From: a virus
Lineage: Duplodnaviria > Heunggongvirae > Uroviricota > Caudoviricetes
Direction: 5' to 3' (one strand)
DNA: 54,679 nt
Virus record (IMG/VR): IMGVR_UViG_3300037466_003757
Span: 1 to 54,679 of that record
A program made the position numbers and the translations under genes. The notes below the pieces were generated by a model. The model worked only from the letters and a program-made list of their open reading frames with translations. It was not told the DNA's origin and ran no database searches. Positions 43,845-51,343 of this stretch are shown here, piece by piece. How positions within the stretch are numbered: position 1 is the first letter of the stretch; each line of letters begins with the position of its first letter.

Positions 43845-44222
43845 ATGCTCGAGCCCCAACTCATCCCCACGCACATCATCGTGGCGGAGCTGATCAACGC
43901 GGACCGCTCGTTCAAATACGTGACTCCGCGTATCACGAGCAACGAAGACCTTCTGAACTTGAAGGATCTCGCGTTCGATATCGCACAGCACCGTGCGCGT
44001 CCGGGCGACCCGGAATACTACCGCGAGAAGCTGACGTTCGATCTTTTCTACGAGACCGCGCTGTCGGTGACGGACGGACACAAGCCGAAAGCGATCAAAC
44101 TTTCGCTCATCGCCATTCAGTGGGCGGCTGCACAGCTCTACGAGGAGACGGCGCGTCGTCGGCGCGAACCTCTGTATCCGTCATCGTCCGAGGGTGCGCG
44201 CGCCTGCAACATCGATGACTGA
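43845..44222 (+). CDS. Hypothetical protein
   Basis: Start MLEPQL, ACAGGA RBS. Confidence 0.7.
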   Translation: MLEPQLIPTHIIVAELINADRSFKYVTPRITSNEDLLNLKDLAFDIAQHRARPGDPEYYREKLTFDLFYETALSVTDGHKPKAIKLSLIAIQWAAAQLYEETARRRREPLYPSSSEGARACNIDD

Positions 44223-44271
44223 CTGATCGACTGAACAACACCCCGAACTGAACAACGATTGGACCCCCGAA

Positions 44272-44592
44272 ATGTTCACTATCACACTCAACGAGCAACG
44301 TCACGCCGAGCAGGTCATCGCCAACCTCGAGCGCAGCGACGCCTTCGGTGATCGCGGCGACGTTCGCTCCGGGTTGGATCAGATGCGCGACCTCGGCGGA
44401 TTGACGTTCCCAGAATACGTCTATGCGCGCTTTGTCACGCTGCGCGAGTACGTTATCGATTCGTACGTAAGCAACGCTCAGCGAGACGCTGAGACGCGTC
44501 CCGCGCGTTCGTCCGTCTGTATCTGCTACGTGGACGGCGAGGGCAACAAGAGCTGGTCGTGGTCTTGCCCGGTGCACGGGATGAACGATTGA
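44272..44592 (+). CDS. Hypothetical protein, C-terminal CxC...CPVH
   Basis: 106 aa. Confidence 0.65.
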   Translation: MFTITLNEQRHAEQVIANLERSDAFGDRGDVRSGLDQMRDLGGLTFPEYVYARFVTLREYVIDSYVSNAQRDAETRPARSSVCICYVDGEGNKSWSWSCPVHGMND

Positions 44593-44597
44593 TCGAC

Positions 44598-44984
44598 ATG
44601 ACGACGGAAGAGAAACGTATGAACACGAACACGGACACGGACACGAACACGAACACAGCGGACATGGACCTGGAGGAGTACGTACTGCCGCTCGTCGTGA
44701 TGGTGCGCGCTCGTGGCGTTGACCGTCACGACGCCGTCAACAGGGCGACGCGGGAACTGTCACACGTCCTGAACCTGGCCGGTGACGGTGAACATCCGGA
44801 CGGTACGCTCCGTATTCCGGTGGAACGCGCATCCACGGACACGAACATGAACAGCAAGTCACGCGTACTGCCTCCGGGTTATCAGGGGTCTTTCGACTTT
44901 TGCGCGATCACCACGATCGAGGGGGCGTTCACGTCCGGACACGTTCGCGTCGAAGCGACGAACCGCAGTTTTCGCGGGTACTGA
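44598..44984 (+). CDS. Hypothetical protein with (N/D)T hexamer repeat
   Basis: ACACGR repeats encoding NTNTDTDTNTNT. Confidence 0.6.
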   Translation: MTTEEKRMNTNTDTDTNTNTADMDLEEYVLPLVVMVRARGVDRHDAVNRATRELSHVLNLAGDGEHPDGTLRIPVERASTDTNMNSKSRVLPPGYQGSFDFCAITTIEGAFTSGHVRVEATNRSFRGY

Positions 44985-45032
44985 GACACAACGCAAATAA
45001 CAGACGTATGAATACGAGAAGAAAGAGGCGAC

Positions 45033-45266
45033 ATGCCTGCGGCTAGGACCATGTCCGAGATCATCACGAACTTCGTGTCCAACACGATCGCCGATAAAAT
45101 TCCGACGGTGTGGTTCGCGGGTTACTACGCGGCTGTACGCGATCACGGTATCGAGATTCCCGGGCCTCCTGGCGACAATGGCGAGCGGTCACAGTTGGGG
45201 GCGAAGGCCGTGGCATCGTACAGCGAGTGGAAGAAGTCCAAGGAGGCTAAGCGGATTCTCGGATAG
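45033..45266 (+). CDS. Hypothetical protein
   Basis: 77 aa, GAGG RBS. Confidence 0.7.
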   Translation: MPAARTMSEIITNFVSNTIADKIPTVWFAGYYAAVRDHGIEIPGPPGDNGERSQLGAKAVASYSEWKKSKEAKRILG

Positions 45267-45379
45267 GGTACGGGCTCTCGCGCGACGGGCGGGCTTTATA
45301 TGCGGGCGGGGCATATATTGCCCGACGTGCGAGAAGCGGGGGAGAAGCCAAGGCGAAAAACGCGGTCGCGAGTGGGGCG

Positions 45380-46057
45380 CTATCCGGGGGTTCCTACGGC
45401 TTCCGCTTTTTTATTTCTTCCCTCACCTGGAGACTTCCGCGGATCCACCGCTTCGATGTCAGCCAATCGCCACAGTGCGAGGCACTTGTCAGACAGACGT
45501 CCCTGATATTCGTCCGGCGAATACTCCTTCATAAGCTCCAGGAGCTCCGGTGCGACCACGAAGTTGGTGAGATCAATTGGCTGCCACTGTCCGGTGGTGA
45601 TCTTGCGGCGGTTCTTCCGTCCCGGATATGTGGTGGTGATCAGATAAGTAGAGCCAGATCGCTTAAAGTTGGCGATGGTGCGTCGCACGTCATCACCCGA
45701 GAAGTGGACGAGCATGTCACGGCAAAAGATGGCATCCACATGCGGCAACTCGGATGAAGCAGCATCGAGCTCCAAGAAGCAGTGGCGGTCATCGGTGAAG
45801 CGGTCACGAGCCGAGGCTACGAGCTCGGGCACGATGTCCGCCCCTATGTAGCGGTCCAGGTCCAGATCCATGCTACCGAACCAATGGTAGTCACCGCATG
45901 GGATATCCAACACGGTACGGATGTTGTAGGCAGCCAACCATTGCGGCAGCTGCTCCCTCACCACTGCAGTCCGCTTCATAGTAGAACCAGGGCCGGATAC
46001 TGATTCGACGCAACCCCAGAAGTTCCGCTGGTAAATGGAGCTAAATATGTCCCGCAC
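45380..46057 (-). CDS. Class I SAM-dependent methyltransferase
   Basis: ESVSGPGS, VLDIPCGD, YIGADIV, DAIFCRDMLVHF. Confidence 0.85.
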   Translation of the reverse strand: MRDIFSSIYQRNFWGCVESVSGPGSTMKRTAVVREQLPQWLAAYNIRTVLDIPCGDYHWFGSMDLDLDRYIGADIVPELVASARDRFTDDRHCFLELDAASSELPHVDAIFCRDMLVHFSGDDVRRTIANFKRSGSTYLITTTYPGRKNRRKITTGQWQPIDLTNFVVAPELLELMKEYSPDEYQGRLSDKCLALWRLADIEAVDPRKSPGEGRNKKAEAVGTPG

Positions 46058-46184
46058 CTAGAGCCCGCCTACTCGTGTACGTATAGCTACTACGTATAGC
46101 TATCTGGCAGTGGGAATCGTACGTGGAGGCGCGCATATGCGGCGTTGCCTGGTGGGATCGTATATATGCGCAGGTCAGACCCTA

Positions 46185-46226
46185 TTTACGGAACGCAGGA
46201 TCCGTGGTAATATATACGTATGAACG
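46185..46226 (+). promoter_or_regulatory. Leaderless-type promoter A
   Basis: TTTACG-N17-TAATAT-N6-ATG. Confidence 0.8.
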
Positions 46227-46465
46227 AAACGAATCCCACCCGAAACATCGCCCGCCTCCACAATCAACTGCGGGACCTGCAGTCGGATCGCCGCCTGGCG
46301 GACGCCGGCCGGGTTTTCGGCGTAGACAAGGACACCCGAAAGCGGGCTCAGGCGGACTGGGACAAGGCCAACAACCGCATCAACGAGATCGTGGCCGACA
46401 TGACCATGGGCGAGATGCAGGATCTGCACAACTACGTGATGACCCTGCCCGAGAGCGAGCGTTGA
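46220..46465 (+). CDS. Small helical hypothetical protein
   Basis: 81 aa, leaderless start. Confidence 0.75.
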   Translation: MNETNPTRNIARLHNQLRDLQSDRRLADAGRVFGVDKDTRKRAQADWDKANNRINEIVADMTMGEMQDLHNYVMTLPESER

Positions 46466-46467
46466 TC

Positions 46468-46716
46468 ATGAGCATTCGTTGCGGTAACCGCGCCGTCCAC
46501 GGCACCGATATGGCACATCACGAAACGGTCGCTCAGGTCAAACTCTGCTTCCGTACCGGCGGTTTGCTCTCCTTGGAGGAGCGGGACGAGCAACAGGTCA
46601 TCAACGAGATCGCGGCCGCAGAGCGAGGGTACGAGCGATTCCTCGAGACGAATGATCAATACCGCGAAGAAGACGAGCGGGATCGCTACGCGGCAGAGTT
46701 CGGTTTACCCCTCTGA
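46468..46716 (+). CDS. Small hypothetical protein
   Basis: 82 aa from MSIRCG. Confidence 0.65.
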   Translation: MSIRCGNRAVHGTDMAHHETVAQVKLCFRTGGLLSLEERDEQQVINEIAAAERGYERFLETNDQYREEDERDRYAAEFGLPL

Positions 46717-46730
46717 ACCCCGCATTCTAG

Positions 46731-46782
46731 ACCCCTGGTTCGACCACCAGGGGTTTACTTTTTGAGTATGGTATGGTAATAG
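46731..46782 (+). promoter_or_regulatory. Terminator hairpin fused to promoter B
   Basis: ACCCCTGGT/ACCAGGGGT stem whose last base is the first T of TTTACT-N17-TAATAG. Confidence 0.7.
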
Positions 46783-46842
46783 TATGACGCGCACATAGTT
46801 CGTCCACAGCTCGTTCACAGCACAACGAAGAAAGGCCAGAAT

Positions 46843-47364
46843 ATGTCGCATCTCATCAGCGATGCTCGTTCGGCGCTTCAAGAAGCTGTTCGCACGCTAG
46901 CTTTGAACGAGTTCATTCGTACCGGTATCCGTTGGGCGCCGCTCGCCACGGTCGGACCAGAGACCTACGAGGACCTCTGTATCAGCGTCAAGCGGGCGCA
47001 CGAAACCGGCTATCTGCCGGTCTGGAACGTCGCCTCCGATCGTTCGATCTACGGCCAGAATGGCGTTTGCGCGTTCCGCTATTGGCACGACATGGGGCAC
47101 GTCGAGCACGGCAAGTCCTTCACCTTCGAAGACGAACTCGCCCTCCAGGTGGAGGTGTAACGTGATCAGATGTCTCGCGCGCTCGATCTTCAAGGTCTGG
47201 ACTTCGAGGTGAAGGACTTGGCTCTCAAGATGTTCTGGGCCAACACGATCGGCGAGTTGGAGTACGGTCGTACGTTCGGCGGGTTCCCAGCCGACCAGGA
47301 CCAGTTCGACATCGACTATGCACTCGGGTTGTGGGAAGGTCGCCTGACGACAACTACCCCATAA
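46843..47364 (+). pseudogene. Gene split by an in-frame TAA (47158-47160) into 105-aa and 64-aa ORFs
   Basis: Both ORFs in the same frame, ...FRYWHDMGH...EDELALQVEV*RDQMSRAL...FPADQDQF. Confidence 0.55.
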
Positions 47365-47367
47365 GGG

Positions 47368-47409
47368 TTTACAATTCTGCAGTTATGTGGTAATATAAAC
47401 GTATGAACG
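47368..47409 (+). promoter_or_regulatory. Leaderless-type promoter C
   Basis: TTTACA-N17-TAATAT-N6-ATG. Confidence 0.8.
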
Positions 47410-47693
47410 AAAAGATTACCGCTGCCGCCGAAGCCAACGACTGGATTCGCACCAACTGGATCAACAACAACCGGGAAACCGTCGTCTACATCCGTGGCCT
47501 CCAGCGACTGAAGATGGTCACGGTGGTTTCCTCCGGCAAGATCGAGATGATCGCCGCCGATGGCAAGCGCATCAACGGCCGCAGCCGCATCGCCGAGGTA
47601 ATCGCCTTTCTGAGCGGCCCCCGCCGGGACGCCGAGCCGCGGGAATACCCCGCCGAGATGATCGAGAACGACACCTGGGCAGTCGGTATCTGA
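47403..47693 (+). CDS. Small hypothetical protein
   Basis: 96 aa, leaderless start. Confidence 0.75.
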   Translation: MNEKITAAAEANDWIRTNWINNNRETVVYIRGLQRLKMVTVVSSGKIEMIAADGKRINGRSRIAEVIAFLSGPRRDAEPREYPAEMIENDTWAVGI

Positions 47694-47818
47694 GCCGTTC
47701 TGTGGTCGACCTCGCGGTAACGACCGGGGAAAGCGCGCTAGGCGAGGATCGGGCGCGAAACTTTGCGATTTTCCTCGGTGACCTGAACTCTCCCTACGAG
47801 CACGGAAGGAGGTGTCGC

Positions 47819-47893
47819 ATGCCGATCTTCGAGCAGATCATCACCACGCTCGCAACCCTGTTCATCACCATGGGCGGACACGGAAGCGCATAG
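47819..47893 (+). CDS. 24-aa hydrophobic peptide
   Basis: MPIFEQIITTLATLFITMGGHGSA with GAAGGAGGTG RBS. Confidence 0.55.
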   Translation: MPIFEQIITTLATLFITMGGHGSA

Positions 47894-47899
47894 GCGGCA

Positions 47900-47934
47900 G
47901 CGCCTCGGCACGCACGATCGCCGAGGCGCCTTTC
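47900..47934 (+). terminator. Terminator hairpin
   Basis: GCGCCTCGGC/GCCGAGGCGC then CTTT. Confidence 0.65.
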
Positions 47935-48014
47935 CGTCCCATTCGTGTCGCATTTGTCTGTTATGACGTATGTTGCTCGAGAAAAAGGGCGTCTAGATTG
48001 CGCTCAGACGCACT

Positions 48015-48043
48015 TTCACGAGAATCGAATGGCGTTATATGGT
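48015..48043 (+). promoter_or_regulatory. Putative tandem promoter
   Basis: TTCACG-N17-TATGGT, inside element shared with 22108-22175. Confidence 0.45.
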
Positions 48044-48081
48044 CGCGGAAAAGCGTCCACCATGACGCTCCTACGTAATGG

Positions 48082-48123
48082 TTTACATACCGTAGGTAGT
48101 GTGGTAATATATACGTATGAACG
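48082..48123 (+). promoter_or_regulatory. Leaderless-type promoter D
   Basis: TTTACA-N17-TAATAT-N6-ATG. Confidence 0.8.
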
Positions 48124-48500
48124 AAAACAAGACCACCGCCACGAAACTCAGCCTCTATCAGCTGCCCGAGAACGAGAAGTCGGTCGTCGCCATCGCTATC
48201 GTCCGTAACGGCTGGACCCCGCAAAACCAGGGCGGCTTGGATGGCTTCCACAAGGACATTCGCCAAATCGAGCTGGTCTGGGACTACATGGCGCAAAAGT
48301 GGACCTTGACCCTCCGCGACAAGGGCCGCAATATCATCGGCTGGCAATACCCGAAGCCGTTCGATTCGTACGACGAAGCCATCACCGAGGCCCGCGATCT
48401 GTACACCAGACTGCGGAAGGGCACCGATGAAGGTGACAGCAATGGCTGGGCGCGCCACACCGGCCCGCAGCTTCCGTTGCACCCGAATCTGCAGCGCTGA
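48117..48500 (+). CDS. Hypothetical protein
   Basis: 127 aa, leaderless start; 3' end may be frame-disrupted. Confidence 0.7.
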   Translation: MNENKTTATKLSLYQLPENEKSVVAIAIVRNGWTPQNQGGLDGFHKDIRQIELVWDYMAQKWTLTLRDKGRNIIGWQYPKPFDSYDEAITEARDLYTRLRKGTDEGDSNGWARHTGPQLPLHPNLQR

Positions 48501-48628
48501 TCCATCCGGACAACCGTTTCGAGATGGGCGCGCTGTACCGCAACATCGGTCATCAGCAGGTCGTGCTGATGCAGCAGCTCGAATGGTCGATGATCGCCAT
48601 CCTGCTGCACGACTACGCCGCCGCCTGA
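48482..48628 (+). pseudogene. Out-of-frame paralogue fragment of the 49100-49399 protein
   Basis: Reads IHPDNRFEMGALYRNIGHQQVVLMQQLEWSMIAILLHDYAAA*, aligning with FNADGTFSTGRMYWQQGEDRILIAQYIDWAMVPQWLYDYAA*. Confidence 0.6.
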
Positions 48629-48657
48629 CAACTCGAAATAACGGACAGGACACGACA

Positions 48658-48936
48658 ATGAGCACAGCAATTCTCGAGTGGGAGTTCGAAACCGACCCAG
48701 AGATTCTGGAAATCGACCAGGCTTCCGAAGAATTCGTTTCCGAGCACTCCGGATACAGCTTTCGGGTGCGGAGATGGAACAATGGTCCGCGTACGGGCGC
48801 GATCACGTTACGCATCATCCACGACCGTTGGGACGATCCCGGCTGGTACGACACCGTCAATTACGACACGATCAAAGAGGCCATGGAGGCTGCCCAAGAC
48901 ACCCTGGACGACATGCTGAAGATCGACAACCAGTAA
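48658..48936 (+). CDS. Small acidic hypothetical protein
   Basis: 92 aa from MSTAILEWE, ACAGGA RBS. Confidence 0.75.
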   Translation: MSTAILEWEFETDPEILEIDQASEEFVSEHSGYSFRVRRWNNGPRTGAITLRIIHDRWDDPGWYDTVNYDTIKEAMEAAQDTLDDMLKIDNQ

Positions 48937-48948
48937 CTTCGACGCTAT

Positions 48949-48977
48949 AACGCCCCTGGACGAACTCCGGGGGCGTT
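48949..48977 (+). terminator. Terminator hairpin (ACGCCCC family)
   Basis: AACGCCCCTGGA/TCCGGGGGCGTT. Confidence 0.7.
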
Positions 48978-49064
48978 GACGTATAAATACCCGTTTTCAA
49001 GTACGAAACGCTTAGAAACGCGCTGAGACGCCGTATTTTCGTGACACGAATCACATTCAAAGTG

Positions 49065-49106
49065 TTTACACATCACGATGAGTGTGGTAATATATACGTA
49101 TGAACG
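49065..49106 (+). promoter_or_regulatory. Leaderless-type promoter E
   Basis: TTTACA-N17-TAATAT-N6-ATG. Confidence 0.8.
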
Positions 49107-49399
49107 CAAACGGGAACATCGCCGCCAAGACCACCATCACCGATCTCGACGCCTTCCGCCACCTGGCCACCAAGGCCGATTGGGTCGACCCGGATGTGGA
49201 CACCAATGACGAGTTCGGCTGGACCGACATCGAGATCTGGAACCGCAAGCACGCCTACATGATGAAGGTCACCTTCAACGCGGACGGCACCTTCTCGACG
49301 GGCCGCATGTACTGGCAGCAGGGCGAGGACCGCATTCTCATCGCCCAGTACATCGATTGGGCGATGGTTCCCCAGTGGCTGTACGATTACGCCGCCTGA
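49100..49399 (+). CDS. Small hypothetical protein
   Basis: 99 aa, leaderless start. Confidence 0.75.
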   Translation: MNANGNIAAKTTITDLDAFRHLATKADWVDPDVDTNDEFGWTDIEIWNRKHAYMMKVTFNADGTFSTGRMYWQQGEDRILIAQYIDWAMVPQWLYDYAA

Positions 49400-49500
49400 C
49401 AACTGATCACGTGAGGGCCTGCTCAAGGAGACAATGAAGGCAGGGAGCGGGAGATATGGTACCCCGCACACAATCTCGGAATAACGGACAGGACAAGACA

Positions 49501-49812
49501 ATGGAACTCTTTCCGATGCATCTCAATCGAGCCGCCACTGCAGAAGATCTCGCCGCTCTCCGGCGCGCCGTGCTGGCGCAGTTGATCGCCATCGATGCAG
49601 CTATCGAAGATATCCCGGAGAACAGGTACATCACCTTCGAGGTGACACGGACCAACGACCGTAAAGGTTACCGCGACCCGCGACCGTTCAAAAACAACAG
49701 CCCGTATCAGGACGATCCGCGAGTGCGAGTGACCATCGAGATCGAGTTGAACGACGACCAGATCGGTAAGCCGATCATCGATACGATCGCCGATTTCGAG
49801 TCCCGATCCTAG
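49501..49812 (+). CDS. Small hypothetical protein
   Basis: 103 aa from MELFPM, ACAGGA RBS. Confidence 0.7.
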   Translation: MELFPMHLNRAATAEDLAALRRAVLAQLIAIDAAIEDIPENRYITFEVTRTNDRKGYRDPRPFKNNSPYQDDPRVRVTIEIELNDDQIGKPIIDTIADFESRS

Positions 49813-49818
49813 TTCAAT

Positions 49819-49849
49819 CAACGCCCCGGGTATCGCACCTGGGGCGTTG
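49819..49849 (+). terminator. Terminator hairpin (ACGCCCC family)
   Basis: CAACGCCCCGGGT/ACCTGGGGCGTTG. Confidence 0.7.
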
Positions 49850-49946
49850 CTATAGGCGCTGAGCGTACGTCTCCCGACCGAAATACGCGGCGACGGGTTT
49901 ACGTTCGAACTGATACCGGATACCACTACAAACGACAGGATACGAC

Positions 49947-50255
49947 ATGCGTGATGTGTTTCTCATCACCGTGTACCGCGACGGTGCGCAAGACGATGAC
50001 CGCGATCCGATCGTCCTCGACATGGAGGACAACGCCATCCAGGTGGCCAAGAACTTCTATCACACGTTCGAATCGGATTACCGGTTCGACGCCAACGATC
50101 CGAATCGCGGTTCTGAGTCGCTGATCGGCATAAAGGATCAGTCGCTCATCTGGGCACGGTTCACTGACTGGGGTGATGGTGTGGAGGTCAAGCGGCTCAA
50201 GCTGTACACGAGCCTCACCCAGTGGTACGCCGATCAGGACGCGAAGGTGGAGTGA
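49947..50255 (+). CDS. Small acidic hypothetical protein
   Basis: 102 aa, ACAGGA RBS. Confidence 0.75.
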   Translation: MRDVFLITVYRDGAQDDDRDPIVLDMEDNAIQVAKNFYHTFESDYRFDANDPNRGSESLIGIKDQSLIWARFTDWGDGVEVKRLKLYTSLTQWYADQDAKVE

Positions 50256-50257
50256 TC

Positions 50258-50476
50258 ATGCGACTCGAGTGGGAGCCCCAGGAAACATCCGGCCGCAACG
50301 GTGCGCGATACCTCGATCAAAATGGCATCCACGGTATCATCTACTACAACGATGACGACGTACATTGGAATCTCGTTCTATGGATGCCCAGCGGTCTCAT
50401 GACGCAGTCCGATGGCTTCTCCAGTGCGGACGAAGCCGAACGTGATGCCAATATGTTTATCGAACACAACGCGTAA
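50258..50476 (+). CDS. Small hypothetical protein
   Basis: 72 aa from MRLEWE. Confidence 0.7.
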   Translation: MRLEWEPQETSGRNGARYLDQNGIHGIIYYNDDDVHWNLVLWMPSGLMTQSDGFSSADEAERDANMFIEHNA

Positions 50477-50479
50477 GAG

Positions 50480-50521
50480 TTTACAAACTCGCACAAGCGT
50501 GGTAATATATACGTATGAACG
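50480..50521 (+). promoter_or_regulatory. Leaderless-type promoter F
   Basis: TTTACA-N17-TAATAT-N6-ATG. Confidence 0.8.
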
Positions 50522-50847
50522 AAAACGAAATCAACGCCATCCAGAGCTACACCGTCGCCGACCAGAGGGTCTACTACACCGTCATCACCTTCAATCCGCG
50601 CGTCGGTGGCGACCCGCACGAATTCGCGATGGAGACCGCCAAGGCCTGGGGCTTCGACGGCTATCAGATTCTCGGCGACTGGTACTACCTCACCGAGCAC
50701 GGCAACAACCTCGACATTCGGCTCATCGGCACCGACGAAGCTGCGGTCCGCGATTTCGTCACCAATCGTACCGATATCGAGGATGCGGACGACGCCATCG
50801 TCGGCGAGGATGACGAACACGACGACAGCTACCTCGCTTACAGCTGA
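50515..50847 (+). CDS. Small acidic hypothetical protein
   Basis: 110 aa, leaderless start. Confidence 0.75.
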   Translation: MNENEINAIQSYTVADQRVYYTVITFNPRVGGDPHEFAMETAKAWGFDGYQILGDWYYLTEHGNNLDIRLIGTDEAAVRDFVTNRTDIEDADDAIVGEDDEHDDSYLAYS

Positions 50848-50859
50848 CCACCCGCACGA

Positions 50860-50896
50860 CAACGCCCCGACCGTTTGGCCGGGGCGTTGTTTGTTA
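50860..50896 (+). terminator. Terminator (ACGCCCC family) at convergence of strands
   Basis: CAACGCCCCG/CGGGGCGTTG then TTTGTT. Confidence 0.75.
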
Positions 50897-50947
50897 CCCG
50901 CCAGTACGTGTCAGATTAAATGTCACGTACTCATGAGTATGCTGTAA

Positions 50948-51343
50948 TCAACTGCGTAATGCGTTCATAGCAGCGGTTGGCAGGTACACAGGTACGTGCC
51001 CATAACCCGAGCACTTTATGCACATGGAAACGCCAGGTAAACCGATCACCGAACACGAGGTACAACGTTCACCGTGCACCCACCCGGGCTGACCGGTGAT
51101 CGGGTCGCCGACCTTGATCGCCACCGCGTCCCGTATCGCGTTTTTCGTCGCTCGATCGGTGTATCCCACGGTAGACCATCCGCTATCGTCCGTATACGTG
51201 ACCTCAGTCGCTTTGAAGACCATTTCGTCCGCCGTCACCTTCGCCCAGGTGATCTCGCCGGACGGTAGGAACGGATTAGGCGAACCCAGCAGTCCACCGT
51301 TGTTGATTCTGATCGTACCTTTGTCACCTTCGGGTATCGTCAT
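50948..51343 (-). CDS. Hypothetical protein with C-terminal DnaJ-type Zn-finger-like CxxC pair
   Basis: CTSC...CIKCSGYG. Confidence 0.65.
   Translation of the reverse strand: MTIPEGDKGTIRINNGGLLGSPNPFLPSGEITWAKVTADEMVFKATEVTYTDDSGWSTVGYTDRATKNAIRDAVAIKVGDPITGQPGWVHGERCTSCSVIGLPGVSMCIKCSGYGHVPVYLPTAAMNALRS

Noticed and set aside
46731-46760. GGTTCGA as a tRNA T-loop
   Set aside because: Loop of a simple hairpin; no cloverleaf. No tRNA recognised anywhere by eye (tRNAscan not run)
46784-46798. Minigene MTRT* after promoter B
   Set aside because: ATG lies 1 nt after the -10, upstream of the expected transcription start
48427-48657. N-terminal extension of the 169-aa ORF
   Set aside because: Better start with ACAGGA RBS at 48658; upstream part overlaps other coding frames
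49898-49926. TTTACG-N17-TACCAC promoter candidate
   Set aside because: -10 lacks the conserved final T; at best degenerate
46204-50521. 23-bp repeats as a CRISPR array
   Set aside because: Spacing 550-1400 bp with ORFs between; repeats are promoter/start sequences; no cas genes
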